A DNA stretch of 64,000 bases from IMG/VR virus record IMGVR_UViG_2721755711_000002; one strand, written 5' to 3'. Source of the DNA: a virus (taxonomy: Duplodnaviria > Heunggongvirae > Uroviricota > Caudoviricetes). The translations under genes and the position numbers were made by a program. The notes beneath the pieces were generated by a model that worked only from the letters and a program-made list of their open reading frames with translations, was not told where the DNA came from and made no database searches. This document shows, one piece after another, positions 38,375 through 48,598 of the stretch (the stretch's first letter is position 1; each line of letters starts with the position of its first letter).

Positions 38375-39499
38375 TTACTCATCTCCTGCGTAACGGGCGA
38401 CATCCTCTGGATCAACGCCCATCATGGAACAAATGGCGATATCGACATCGACGTCATCGCCGGTTTTAATCTGCGCCGGGGCAGGCGACGGCGTTTTGGG
38501 TGGCTTGCCGCCGGTCTGGGTCTGACTGAGCGCAACAAGTTTCGGCGCGTTCTCCAGCCAGGACTTAAAGCCGTTGATATCGCGGCTGGCGTAATCTTTC
38601 GCCCAGTCTTCCTGCGCCGGAAGCAGTCGCCCGTCAGACAGCGCCGCCTGAATCAGTGCCCCGGCTTCGGCCTCACCGGACTGTTGCGCCAGTGCGGCAT
38701 AACGTCCCTGAAGTTCTTCATATGCCGTCAGAGGGATATGCTTCGTCGGGTCATAGGCACTGGCTGACAGGCTGGCGATTTGCTCGTCTTTCTGATTCAG
38801 CAGGGTCAGCAGGCTGACGGATGCCGCCGCCGTTCCCTGACCGTTCGAAATCATGTCAACGACCTTTTGCAGCTCGTTTTTGATATCTTCCGCCGTTGAG
38901 GTAACCGGGAGGTTAAGCATCCAGCGCAGGCTGGACAGCAAATCGTTTAACAGTTCTTCATCCACTGTTGTGGTCTCCGTTTCAGTTGACAGACTCGCCA
39001 GACGGCTGGCCGCAGCCAGCATGACTGCATCCATACCGTCCAGCGCCGGGGTATTGGTCAGCGCAGCGTGTAACAGCTCCAGCACTTCGCCGCGCTTGTT
39101 GTAGGCAAAAACAGGGGAAATAAACTTGTACTCACCGGCGGCAATCATGGCCGCCGCGTTATCCGTCCACTCCACACCGGTGGCATACAGGCCCGCACCT
39201 TCTCGCCATTCCACCTGGCTGAACCAGCCCGCCGCCGGGGCGGGCTTGCCGTTGTTTACGGCGCGCAGCGTCTGATGTTCGTAATCAATGACAAAAGGCG
39301 TGGTACGGGCGGCCACCTGCGCGACAAGCTGCGCGGCCAGTTCAGCGGTCAGCACCCATTTACCGCTTTCGACTTCATCGGTATGTGGGCGACCATCCAC
39401 CGCGCTGAACTCGCCCGCCGGAAACAGCTGGATTTCGCTGTGGGTTGCTTTAGTAATTTCGAGGCTTAATGCCGCAATGTTCAGTTTCATACGCGGCAT
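38375..39499 (-). CDS. Head maturation protease/scaffold (Mu I-like)
   Basis: ~375-aa ORF between G-like and head genes. Confidence 0.65.
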   Translation of the reverse strand: MPRMKLNIAALSLEITKATHSEIQLFPAGEFSAVDGRPHTDEVESGKWVLTAELAAQLVAQVAARTTPFVIDYEHQTLRAVNNGKPAPAAGWFSQVEWREGAGLYATGVEWTDNAAAMIAAGEYKFISPVFAYNKRGEVLELLHAALTNTPALDGMDAVMLAAASRLASLSTETETTTVDEELLNDLLSSLRWMLNLPVTSTAEDIKNELQKVVDMISNGQGTAAASVSLLTLLNQKDEQIASLSASAYDPTKHIPLTAYEELQGRYAALAQQSGEAEAGALIQAALSDGRLLPAQEDWAKDYASRDINGFKSWLENAPKLVALSQTQTGGKPPKTPSPAPAQIKTGDDVDVDIAICSMMGVDPEDVARYAGDE

Positions 39500-39699
39500 G
39501 ATGACGGAAGGGGAACACGGGGTACTGTGGAGGGTGTTCAGCACCCTGCCATAACGGGAAAAGATAAAAGAGGAAATAAAACCGTTTTTAAAACCCTTTT
39601 AAAAACGATTCTGACAGCATTTACGGGGTGCAGTGCTGTAATGACTCATCCGTGAGGCGTTTATGTTGTCACAGGCGATTACAGCGCGTTTGTGGCCAT

Positions 39700-40251
39700 T
39701 CAGTCAATCACACGCGCAAAATAGCGGTTTGCGGTGTTCTCCAGCTCGTCGATGTCGTCCTGCACAAGCTGAAGGAAGGGACGCGCGGGCATGTTGACCG
39801 TATACGCTCCGACCGTTGCGCTCTGCACAAAATTACTGTTGCGCTTTTTCACAAAGCGGGTACTGACGCTGCCGTTTTTGTACTGTTTAAAATACAGGTT
39901 CTGCGTCCGTGCCTGATGGCGGATTTCGCCGCCTTCGTTGTGGATACGGGCATAACGAACGTTTGTCCCGACCGTGGCCTCGTTATTGTTAACCGCAGAG
40001 CGGATACTGGCAGCCAGTCGCCCTGACTTCTGAAGGATTTGCCCGGGACCGCGTCGCTTCGCATAAGCCGGACTCCAGCCCATCCATTTCGGGCGACCCT
40101 GTTGTTCAAAGTTAGTCTCAACCGCATCCAGCATGGAACCCGCAAGTGCCGCCATCAGGTCGCGCCGGTCCTTCACGGAACGAATCAGTTTCCCCAGCGT
40201 GGTGTTATACGCGCTTAAATCAATCTTAATATCCAGTTTACCGTCGCTCAT
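39700..40251 (-). CDS. Virion morphogenesis protein (Mu G-like)
   Basis: 183-aa ORF after F-like gene. Confidence 0.65.
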   Translation of the reverse strand: MSDGKLDIKIDLSAYNTTLGKLIRSVKDRRDLMAALAGSMLDAVETNFEQQGRPKWMGWSPAYAKRRGPGQILQKSGRLAASIRSAVNNNEATVGTNVRYARIHNEGGEIRHQARTQNLYFKQYKNGSVSTRFVKKRNSNFVQSATVGAYTVNMPARPFLQLVQDDIDELENTANRYFARVID

Positions 40252-41414
40252 GATGCCTCCGGGGTGTCCTGCATAACCCAGCCTGTCAGCACGTCATCCT
40301 CAACCGTCGCCACTGACCAGCGGTCGCCCGACTGTAACGCATACCGCCACGCGTTGCCGTCCTGCGTGACATGCTCCGCCCGTTCGATGGTCTGCTGCAT
40401 CAGCACATAGTCGGCGGCGGTCGGGGGCGTGTCTGTTGCACTGAGGCGCTTCATGACGTCAGCCGTAAGGTTTACCGTCTGCCGTGCAGCGCCCGTGGCG
40501 GCGACCTGTTCCGGTGAACGGATGGCCAGCGGATATCGCTGGCGCGCATCCAGTTCGCTGACGTTCGCCAGTCCCCGGGCAAAATCCGGCCCGGTCAGGG
40601 TGCCGGTGACATACTGGCGGGCGCTGCGGTAATCATATTTTTCCAGTTCCGGCTGCCATGCCACCCGACCGGGATTAAATCCGAAGCCCGGGTCGGCGGT
40701 ATACACGGAGCCGTCCGGCATCTTCAGCCCCATTGTTCTGATGGTCTGGCCCGGCTGGCCATATTCCTGCTCAACCTCAACCAGTCGCCCCTCGCTGCTC
40801 TGCACCGTCAGGCCGTATTTCTCCACATCAGACGCCGAACGCGCCCGGATACGGCAGCGGCAGTGATAACCGTCCGGGGTGTATAAAAACTCCCAGACCG
40901 GGTCATCCGCCCGGGCGGTAAAACCGTTCAGGGCGGCGTGTTTCGGACGGGTGTGAAGGTCCATCACTGCCACGCGTTCAAAATAAGGCCGATCAGCCAC
41001 GTTCGCCATCTGTTGTTGATAACGCCCGGCGTTATATGACGACTGAATGTTGGTATCAAATATCGTGCGTAACCGGCGCGGCGTCAGTTGTCTGCCATGC
41101 AGTTCGCCGGTGTCCTCGTCCACAATCAGTTTTTTACCCAGCCAGCCTTTTGATTCCAGCAGTGGTTCCAGTTGTGCAGCAAACTCCCGGAACGTCCCGC
41201 CGTCAGCCAGTGCCGCCGTCAGGCCATCACGGACATCCTTCAGAACATCCAGTTTCAGCACACCCGCCACCGTGAACGCCCGGGCGTTGGCGATGTCCTT
41301 CACATCGTGCCAGCGGAAGCCGATAACGTACCCCTTGCTTTCGAAATACTTGATCGCTTCTTCCGGTTTCAGGGTGTACGCATAACCCAGGTCAACATCG
41401 TCAGCTGTCGGCAT
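40248..41414 (-). CDS. Head morphogenesis protein (Mu F-like)
   Basis: 388-aa ORF immediately after portal. Confidence 0.75.
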   Translation of the reverse strand: MPTADDVDLGYAYTLKPEEAIKYFESKGYVIGFRWHDVKDIANARAFTVAGVLKLDVLKDVRDGLTAALADGGTFREFAAQLEPLLESKGWLGKKLIVDEDTGELHGRQLTPRRLRTIFDTNIQSSYNAGRYQQQMANVADRPYFERVAVMDLHTRPKHAALNGFTARADDPVWEFLYTPDGYHCRCRIRARSASDVEKYGLTVQSSEGRLVEVEQEYGQPGQTIRTMGLKMPDGSVYTADPGFGFNPGRVAWQPELEKYDYRSARQYVTGTLTGPDFARGLANVSELDARQRYPLAIRSPEQVAATGAARQTVNLTADVMKRLSATDTPPTAADYVLMQQTIERAEHVTQDGNAWRYALQSGDRWSVATVEDDVLTGWVMQDTPEAS

Positions 41415-42996
41415 TCAGTCGCCCCCAGATATCCGCCACAAAGAATGCCTGCGTCAGCAACTGCCGCAGCGTGTCATCCGGCAGCTCCGGCCATGCTTCC
41501 GCCAGTACGTTCATGGCCTCGTCTGCATCCCGGCCTTCCTGTATGGCCTGCACCAGTGGGGCCACCAGTTCGTTCATCCCCTGCGCGATGGCCTCTGCCG
41601 GAAGCTCTGCCCGGTCGATGGTGCACTGTGCCGGGTCGTCCTCCCCGTTGTCCTGCTGACTGAGTACAGCAACATTCAGCCGCTCCCTGTGCTGGCTGAG
41701 GCCCGCCTGCGCAGGGAGACGCTGTGCCACTGGTACCAGTACCTCTTCGCCGTCTTTCGGGGTGGGGATACCGGTTTTTTTACGTACCCACGACACCGGG
41801 ATATCCTTCATCCCCACGTTATTGACCAGTATGCTGATGGCTTCCGCCACGCCCTTAATATCAGACTCCTGCTGTACATCGAATACCAGACGTGGCAGAC
41901 GACGAACCGGGATATCCTTCCAGCCATTCAGGCTGGCCATCATCTGGATCAGACTGCTGAACATGCCGGACAACTGGCGGGCATCGGCGGCCAGAATATC
42001 GTGACGGACCTCGTTGTGGATCACACCCAGCGCATTGGTGGAGGTTTTACCGTCTGCCTGTGTGGTTAACGTGCTGCCAAGAATGGCTTTTGAGGTGGTC
42101 CGCTCTGCCCAGTCCACCATCGCCATAAAGGCCTCCGGTCCGCCTGATGCGGCCTCCTTGAATTCAATCTCGTTACCCTGCGGCAGGGCTGCCACCGCTT
42201 CATGGCCCAGATTGACCAGGGCTTCGAGAATGTTGTCCCGGTCTTCGTCACTGGTGCCCTGTGCATAGTACGCAATACGCGCCGGAAGGCCGTAAATCTC
42301 CAGGAATTCCGCCATATCACGCAGCGCAAAGTTTTTGAACAGATACGGCCAGACCAGTACGCGGAACAGGCCGGATGAACCCAGGAGCCCCGACCGGGCG
42401 TTGTAACGGTGAACCAGCCAGCCGAACGGCCACAGTGCGGAACCGTCCTTACCATCTTCCCCGCGACCGCCGTCATCCAGCCGGAGTTCGTCATTGTGTT
42501 CCGGCAGGGTTATGAACCAGTTATGCGGGCGCAGCGTCACCGCATCCGGTAACCACGTTTTATCCACGAACGCCCAGCTGATTTCCTGACAGCTGAAGCC
42601 GTAACCGACACTGCTCATCCCGTTGAGGATGATGTCCTCCATGTCCGGGATACCGTGCAGCCATTCATCCACGGCGGCGGCCAGCTCCTTTTCTGCCTTC
42701 GAGGCATTGCGGGGCGGCTCCACCGACCAGTCCAGCGTCAGCAACGCTTTTTTGCGCTTTTCCATCTCGGCGAACAGATGGCCATCACGTTCTTCCATAT
42801 CCGCAAACAGCATCGCCTGCGCCGGAAGATAACCGCGTTCGGCAGCTTCCAGAATGCGCGGTAGTTTTCTGATGTTCAGACCACGCGACGGGTGGTCGGG
42901 ATAAATGCGCAGCCGTTCTGCCACTCTGACCGACTGCGTGGTTTTGAGTGCCTCACGTTTCAGCGGGCGTCCGTAAATATCAACAAGCTGTGCCAT
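41401..42996 (-). CDS. Portal protein (Mu gp29-like)
   Basis: 531-aa ORF following large terminase. Confidence 0.8.
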   Translation of the reverse strand: MAQLVDIYGRPLKREALKTTQSVRVAERLRIYPDHPSRGLNIRKLPRILEAAERGYLPAQAMLFADMEERDGHLFAEMEKRKKALLTLDWSVEPPRNASKAEKELAAAVDEWLHGIPDMEDIILNGMSSVGYGFSCQEISWAFVDKTWLPDAVTLRPHNWFITLPEHNDELRLDDGGRGEDGKDGSALWPFGWLVHRYNARSGLLGSSGLFRVLVWPYLFKNFALRDMAEFLEIYGLPARIAYYAQGTSDEDRDNILEALVNLGHEAVAALPQGNEIEFKEAASGGPEAFMAMVDWAERTTSKAILGSTLTTQADGKTSTNALGVIHNEVRHDILAADARQLSGMFSSLIQMMASLNGWKDIPVRRLPRLVFDVQQESDIKGVAEAISILVNNVGMKDIPVSWVRKKTGIPTPKDGEEVLVPVAQRLPAQAGLSQHRERLNVAVLSQQDNGEDDPAQCTIDRAELPAEAIAQGMNELVAPLVQAIQEGRDADEAMNVLAEAWPELPDDTLRQLLTQAFFVADIWGRLNADS

Positions 42997-42999
42997 TAA

Positions 43000-44646
43000 T
43001 TACCATCCTCCTGAACCAAAACGCCCGCCACGGTCACGCCCGCTGCTGCGTGGGGTGTGTATCTGAAATTTTGCGCTACGCGAAACCGCCAGCGTCCACA
43101 GCATGTGCAGACAGTCCGGGCCATCATCGTGGTCAGCTTTGGGGTAGTGGCGCAGCTGGTCAATCAGCGTCTGATGTGTGTGGCTGATACGAATCAGGCC
43201 GTTGGCCATATGCGGCTGAAGGGATTCGATACGCAGTGCCTTATCCTCCAGCGGGATGACCGGCAGCGCCGGAACCGGTACGCCCAGCGCCGCCGAACGC
43301 TCAACCAGCACGGTACGCAGAAACTCCTGAAACTGAACGGACTCAAACGACCAGCACAGACAGTGGTATTCCCGCTGATACTTGATCACGTCTTCGATAA
43401 TTTTATTCGGCAGACGTCGGCGGATATCGGCTTCAACCACATCCAGAATGCCGGTAAAGCGGTTAAAGCCCCCCACGAGAATGGCTGACGGGTCGCGGTT
43501 TTTATTCTTCTTCCCGAGACTGGGGTCAGCAGCACCATAAAACACCCATTCATCAAGACGGTTAACCCAGAACTTAATGCAGCCCGCAAACAGCGCGTCT
43601 TCACCGCTGACCGGGTCGTTCTGGTATTCAGAATCAAAGGTGTCGTGACCGTCACGGACACGAATTTTCATCAGTGCCAGCAGTGGACGCGCCGCCCATG
43701 ACACCACCGACCCGGCGAGCATGTCGGCTTCGTTCTGCTGATAAAGCGCCTCCGCCGCTTCCGGCTGTTTGTTGCGGATGAGTTCTTCCCACTCGTCCCA
43801 CAGCTTCATGTTGGCAGGCCACTGAATGACGGCCTTAAAACGGGCCGTTTTCCACATCGGGTTATTGAGTGTGCGCGACAGTACGGAGTCGTAATGCAGG
43901 ATGGTCCCGATATAAATAATATCGGTTTTACCGCCAGCCTCGCCCAGCGGCATCACGGTTTTGGTAAGCCAGTTATGCAGCTTGTCGCGCTGCTCCGGGT
44001 TACGCACCATCTCGTCGTTCTCGATGTCGTCGAGGATGACCAGGTCAGGACGGTACGGACCGTGGCGCAGACCACGCAGTTTTTTACCACTACCGGCAAC
44101 GGTCACCTTGATATTGTTGGCTGTGACGATGGTCCCCATACGCCAGACGCGACCCTGCCCACACACCTCCGGGAAATCGTTTTTTAAACGGGGGTTAAAT
44201 TCCAGTTCAGCCTTGATGGCTTCCAGCATCGGATAAGCCTGGTCGATACTGTCCATAATGATGACCGGATAATGCTTAATACCCCGGATAATGGTCCACA
44301 GGGTAAACAGCTGAGTCACCAGCGTGGATTTTGCTTCACCACGGGGCGCGGCGATGGCGTCGTTCTCCGGGTCCGGGCTTGCCACAACCTGTGGCAGACG
44401 GGTGAACAGGTATTTATGCAGCTCACTTTTTGCCGGGTTGCGGACGTAGTGCGGGAAATAGTTTTCGACAAAATAATCGTAGCCCGTCACCGGGTCGCAG
44501 ACTGCCGCCCGGCGGGCCTGTGTGGCCTGCGGGTTAACATCGAACCCCAGACATTCAGCCTCAATGGTCTGGCGGAGGTTGGCGATGTACTCCTGCAGGC
44601 TTCTCTGAAACTCTTTAATGGAAAGTTTACGTTTACGTTTTGCCAC
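43000..44646 (-). CDS. Terminase large subunit
   Basis: ~548-aa ORF (GTG start proposed next to MTase stop); Walker-like and nuclease-like segments. Confidence 0.8.
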   Translation of the reverse strand: MAKRKRKLSIKEFQRSLQEYIANLRQTIEAECLGFDVNPQATQARRAAVCDPVTGYDYFVENYFPHYVRNPAKSELHKYLFTRLPQVVASPDPENDAIAAPRGEAKSTLVTQLFTLWTIIRGIKHYPVIIMDSIDQAYPMLEAIKAELEFNPRLKNDFPEVCGQGRVWRMGTIVTANNIKVTVAGSGKKLRGLRHGPYRPDLVILDDIENDEMVRNPEQRDKLHNWLTKTVMPLGEAGGKTDIIYIGTILHYDSVLSRTLNNPMWKTARFKAVIQWPANMKLWDEWEELIRNKQPEAAEALYQQNEADMLAGSVVSWAARPLLALMKIRVRDGHDTFDSEYQNDPVSGEDALFAGCIKFWVNRLDEWVFYGAADPSLGKKNKNRDPSAILVGGFNRFTGILDVVEADIRRRLPNKIIEDVIKYQREYHCLCWSFESVQFQEFLRTVLVERSAALGVPVPALPVIPLEDKALRIESLQPHMANGLIRISHTHQTLIDQLRHYPKADHDDGPDCLHMLWTLAVSRSAKFQIHTPRSSGRDRGGRFGSGGW

Positions 44647-44647
44647 G

Positions 44648-45388
44648 TCACACCTGCGCTGTTTCTGCCTGCGCTTTTTCGATACGTGCGCAGGCGATAT
44701 CAAAATACTGGTTAGTCATTTCAATGCCGGTAAACCGTCCGCCACGGGCAAGTACAGGGATGGCGGTGGTGCCGCTTCCCATAAACGGATCGAGAACGTG
44801 CGCATCCGGTGCCAGCGGTTTAACCAGCTCGGCCATCAGCTGAACCGGCTTTGCGGTCATGTGCAGTTTTTCGGACGGGACAACACGCTGCGTAATCACA
44901 CCCGGGAACGGGCCACCGTGCGGGCATTTGTCGAGTTTTCCGTTGCTGCCCCAGACCACATACTCGGCCTGATGCCGGAAATAGCCGGTGTGTGGCGCAC
45001 GGGAAGCCTGCGTTTTATCCCAGACAACCAGACCGCGCCACAGCACACCACCGGCCTGAAATGCATCGGTAAGCGCCGGTAGTTGTCGCCAGTCACTGAA
45101 CACCATGAAATAACCGCCGGGATTCAGCCTGTGCAATGCATGAGATATCCACATGGAACACCAGAACGCCCAGCTGCGCTGGTCGCGGTTATCGCCGGTG
45201 AACTCGGCATACTGGGTGTGACCGACATACTTGTCCGAAGGGGCCATGCTGCGGTCTGATTTGTGTGTGCCACCACTGCTGTAAGGCGGGTCGGTAATGA
45301 CGGCATCAAAACGTTCAGATAACGCTGGCAGCACATCAAGAACATCACCGCAATACAACGTTGCGTTACCAATAATCTGTTTTTGCAT
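44648..45388 (-). CDS. Orphan DNA methyltransferase (beta-class N6-adenine or N4-cytosine)
   Basis: 246-aa ORF with DPPY motif early and FMGSGTT AdoMet motif late; no adjacent restriction endonuclease ORF. Confidence 0.85.
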   Translation of the reverse strand: MQKQIIGNATLYCGDVLDVLPALSERFDAVITDPPYSSGGTHKSDRSMAPSDKYVGHTQYAEFTGDNRDQRSWAFWCSMWISHALHRLNPGGYFMVFSDWRQLPALTDAFQAGGVLWRGLVVWDKTQASRAPHTGYFRHQAEYVVWGSNGKLDKCPHGGPFPGVITQRVVPSEKLHMTAKPVQLMAELVKPLAPDAHVLDPFMGSGTTAIPVLARGGRFTGIEMTNQYFDIACARIEKAQAETAQV

Positions 45389-45434
45389 TACAAATCCCGA
45401 ATATCAGACGGCCCGGAAAACCGGGCCGCTGTGG

Positions 45435-45935
45435 TTAACTGAAATTATCCTCAAGCTCTTTAGCGAAGCCTTCGAGCACCTCAAGAAACGGGGCATACTG
45501 TGCCGGGTGACGCTCCTTGATGAACGCGCCGAGCCGCTGCACCACTTCCAGTGCCGTGGCGAGCCGGTCGGTTTCCGGCAGGATTTTTTTGCTGCTGGCC
45601 ACCGCCTTACTGAGACTGTCGGACAGACTCGCCAGCAGTTCGACGGACTCCTGCGGCGGGATGTCCGGGTTCTGGTTCAGCCGTTCAAGCGTCGTCTGAC
45701 ACTTCACCACCAGACTGATAAGCACGGTGCGGGCGACACTTTCCAGCCCGTCACCGGCGAGCGCGTGCGCGGCCCGCAGCTTGTCCCAGTCGTCGCCGTT
45801 CTTCATCGCCTGCGTTTTCCAGCGCCGCGCGGTGTCGTGCGGCACGGCGTACTTCATGGCGACGATATCCAGCGGAAGCTGGTCAAAGATGTACCCGTTA
45901 CGGACTTTGTCCCTGATATCCTGTGACCACGCCAT
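45435..45935 (-). CDS. Putative terminase small subunit (Mu gp27-like)
   Basis: 166-aa ORF upstream of MTase and large terminase; assignment by position. Confidence 0.4.
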   Translation of the reverse strand: MAWSQDIRDKVRNGYIFDQLPLDIVAMKYAVPHDTARRWKTQAMKNGDDWDKLRAAHALAGDGLESVARTVLISLVVKCQTTLERLNQNPDIPPQESVELLASLSDSLSKAVASSKKILPETDRLATALEVVQRLGAFIKERHPAQYAPFLEVLEGFAKELEDNFS

Positions 45936-46141
45936 TAAGTGACCTTCTGAGCCTGTTCAATCAGGCATTTAACTTCGTCGGGATTTTCAAGAACATACAC
46001 GTTTTTCCCGGTATCCAGCTCAATGATCGTGCCACCATATGCACCACACTGACGGTAAAAATGGGTGATGCGTTCAGCGACTACCATGACAGCGCTGGTG
46101 CTCCCTGAGCCTGCGCATTCTGTAAATCTGATAATGCTCAC
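45935..46141 (-). CDS. Small hypothetical protein
   Basis: 68-aa ORF between lysis and packaging genes. Confidence 0.4.
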   Translation of the reverse strand: MSIIRFTECAGSGSTSAVMVVAERITHFYRQCGAYGGTIIELDTGKNVYVLENPDEVKCLIEQAQKVT

Positions 46142-46161
46142 TGTGTCAGACCTTCAAAAAA

Positions 46162-46344
46162 TCAGTTCTGCGAACACTGCCGGATGCCGTCAATAATCCG
46201 GCAGACCTTTGCCGCCGCGTCAAACAGCTGGCCCGCTCTGTTAATGTCTGTGCATCCCACCGGAAGCAACATCACCAGAAACAGGGCCAGAACACAGCGC
46301 GCGGCTTTACGTGGCGTTCTGTGGGTCCAGTGCTGACGCGTCAT
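46162..46344 (-). CDS. Small lipoprotein (possible o-spanin-like lysis component)
   Basis: 60-aa ORF with lipobox LLPVGC, start overlaps endolysin stop; paralogue at 59166-59348. Confidence 0.55.
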   Translation of the reverse strand: MTRQHWTHRTPRKAARCVLALFLVMLLPVGCTDINRAGQLFDAAAKVCRIIDGIRQCSQN

Positions 46345-46886
46345 ACCGCTACGCGCTCCTTCAGCCAGCCATAAACAAACGATTCGTTAGCCTCGCGTTT
46401 CTCTGCCAGTTCCAGATAGCGGTCACCCTGCGTGCAGTTCAGGGCTGTCAGCATCACCCGTTCGCCGTCCTGACCGCGATTATTCAGGAAGGCGCGCAAT
46501 GCGCTGATGGTACGAGGTCCGATGCGTCCGTCTGCGTCCATATCCGGGTACAGCCTGCCGCGCAGGTTGAAAACGTTCAGCCAGCGTTGGAGCATTTTTG
46601 ACGCCACGGATGGCCCCATATTCACACCGGTATCACACAGCTCTGCGGCAATATCAGGGGATAATGCCGCAACCTGATCAAATCGCGGGCCATACCAGTA
46701 ATCGGCTTCAAGGATGTCCAGCGCCTGTTCGCGGGTTAACTCACGCATATCGCCACGGTATCCGTGGGCACGGGCGACTTTTTCCGTAATGCCCCATTTG
46801 GTCGGGCCGCCCTTATCATCCGGGTGATTGACGTAACCGCCTTCTTTGCCCAGGACTTCATCAAAAATTTCATCTTTTGATTTCAT
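46341..46886 (-). CDS. Endolysin (glycoside hydrolase family 108-like muramidase with peptidoglycan-binding domain)
   Basis: 181-aa ORF with N-terminal EGGYVNHPDDKGGPTKWGIT motif. Confidence 0.75.
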   Translation of the reverse strand: MKSKDEIFDEVLGKEGGYVNHPDDKGGPTKWGITEKVARAHGYRGDMRELTREQALDILEADYWYGPRFDQVAALSPDIAAELCDTGVNMGPSVASKMLQRWLNVFNLRGRLYPDMDADGRIGPRTISALRAFLNNRGQDGERVMLTALNCTQGDRYLELAEKREANESFVYGWLKERVAV

Positions 46887-47172
46887 GTGGATGCCTCAGT
46901 AACGAAAGGATTTTTGACAAATTCCCGTGCGCCCACACGATAAGCGCACAGAAAACCAGATTCAGCGCCACAACCAGCCAGCTGGAGTGCGTGTATGTAC
47001 CGGACAGCCAGCGGAACGGGATGATGATGTAGCCGAGCATCAGCCAGTACGCCAGCCAGGTAATCATCGGTTTATGCGCCGCACCGTGGCGGCGATACAC
47101 AAACAACCCCAGCACAATGGCGAGGCACAGCCAGACGTTCACGATACCGGCAAGGCTACTTTCCATTTCCAC
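46870..47172 (-). CDS. Lysis-associated multi-pass membrane protein (holin/antiholin candidate)
   Basis: 100-aa ORF with hydrophobic helices between holin-like gene and endolysin. Confidence 0.45.
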   Translation of the reverse strand: MEMESSLAGIVNVWLCLAIVLGLFVYRRHGAAHKPMITWLAYWLMLGYIIIPFRWLSGTYTHSSWLVVALNLVFCALIVWAHGNLSKILSLLRHPHEIKR

Positions 47173-47548
47173 CCCCTCCGCCGCGCAGTCTGGAAAACAG
47201 GCCGAACAGCGATGAAATTTCCTGTTGATAAAGAAAAGTCAGTATCTTGATGGATAAAGCAGAGACACCGACCGCACACAATGCATCGAGCGGTTTGTCG
47301 TTATAGTGGGTCAGCCACTGCATCAGTGACGCAGCCACGCCAGCCCCCAGAACGCCAACCACAAACGCGACGAGCAGGTGAATAGCCATTCGCCATACCG
47401 GGATTTCTTTCTGCTGAGTGACAACAAAAAGCGCCCCGGCAAACGCGCCCACCACGACCCCGAAATCGGTATTGGTGAGAAGGCCAAACACACTGGCACC
47501 ACCGATGGTGACTGCCACAGCTCCGCCGCCTGATAAGGGTTCAGACAT
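47156..47548 (-). CDS. Holin-like membrane protein
   Basis: 131-aa ORF, Gly/Ala-rich helices; homologue of the truncated gene at 17956; upstream region also similar. Confidence 0.5.
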   Translation of the reverse strand: MSEPLSGGGAVAVTIGGASVFGLLTNTDFGVVVGAFAGALFVVTQQKEIPVWRMAIHLLVAFVVGVLGAGVAASLMQWLTHYNDKPLDALCAVGVSALSIKILTFLYQQEISSLFGLFSRLRGGGGGNGK

Positions 47549-47730
47549 GAGTTTCTCCTGTAAATCTGAGCCACTGACGGCCCGTAAATAACACCCTGTC
47601 AAAGGCACAAAAGCCTTTTGCAGGGCGCTATCCCTTAAGGTGCCTTGTGGTCTGAGTGGACAGGGTAAACGGTCTGGTGTGGTGGGTACTGCTGGGGGAG
47701 TTCAGCACCCCGCGGCGGCGGGGTGATAAA

Positions 47731-48009
47731 TCAGAAGCGGGAAAGAGAATCCGGCGTAATAAGAGGTTTATTACAAAGCGGAGCAGAGGCGTTCGCCTTT
47801 TCCATCGCTGCGCGCATCTCGTTTTCGCTGGCGATGATGTCAGCAATGGCACACTGCAACGCTTCTTCCTGAACAACCATATCCGGTTGTTCGGCCATTC
47901 GGTTTAACTGACTGGCCAAATTTTTCATATAAGCAAAGCGACGTCCGGCAGCATCCCGGGCCTGCTCTGAGTAGGCCGTATACTCGCCAAGTGCCATATA
48001 GTTGGTCAT
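47731..48009 (-). CDS. Hypothetical protein
   Basis: ~92-aa ORF between Mor and lysis genes. Confidence 0.4.
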   Translation of the reverse strand: MTNYMALGEYTAYSEQARDAAGRRFAYMKNLASQLNRMAEQPDMVVQEEALQCAIADIIASENEMRAAMEKANASAPLCNKPLITPDSLSRF

Positions 48010-48035
48010 AAGTGTCTCCTTTTTTCTGAGGCCCA

Positions 48036-48503
48036 TTAATCAAAAAGCCCCACCTGAGTGGGGCTTTTCAGCGAAGTCTGTTTTTGTCGTCGGTGTATCA
48101 GCTGCCATGCGTACCGGTCTGAAATGCCGTAACGGGGACAGAGCAGTGCCAGCGCCTGCCGGTGTGAGCATCCGTCTTTTACATGCTGCTGTAAATCAGC
48201 CATAAAACGGGTGTTACGCAGGGCACGTAATGCATGATCGCAACGGGGAATGTAAAACGGAGCACCGCCAAGAAAGCGGATCAGTTTGTTGATTTCGTCT
48301 TCGGTCAGCACATCATGTAACAGGGCATGGACACCGCCGGTTCGTTCGGCGTGTGCGCCGGTTTTACCGCTTAACGTCACGCCACCAAAAGAACGGATTA
48401 ACCGGGTCAGGGCGGGGAAGCCAATCACGCTAATCAGTTGCTGCACGGAATCAGGCAACAGTGCCTGCGCATCGCGAAGATCTGTTTCACTGAAGGTCTG
48501 CAT
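48036..48503 (-). CDS. mor: Mor-family transcriptional activator (middle operon regulator)
   Basis: 155-aa ORF; C-terminal HTH region resembles Mu Mor/C family; conserved position before lysis and late genes. Confidence 0.7.
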   Translation of the reverse strand: MQTFSETDLRDAQALLPDSVQQLISVIGFPALTRLIRSFGGVTLSGKTGAHAERTGGVHALLHDVLTEDEINKLIRFLGGAPFYIPRCDHALRALRNTRFMADLQQHVKDGCSHRQALALLCPRYGISDRYAWQLIHRRQKQTSLKSPTQVGLFD

Positions 48504-48598
48504 GATGGCGTCTCCGGTAGTAACTTACTGTTATTATAGCCATACATGATCGCCTGTACAGACCACAAAAAAGCCCCTGCAAGGCAGAGGCTGATTCT

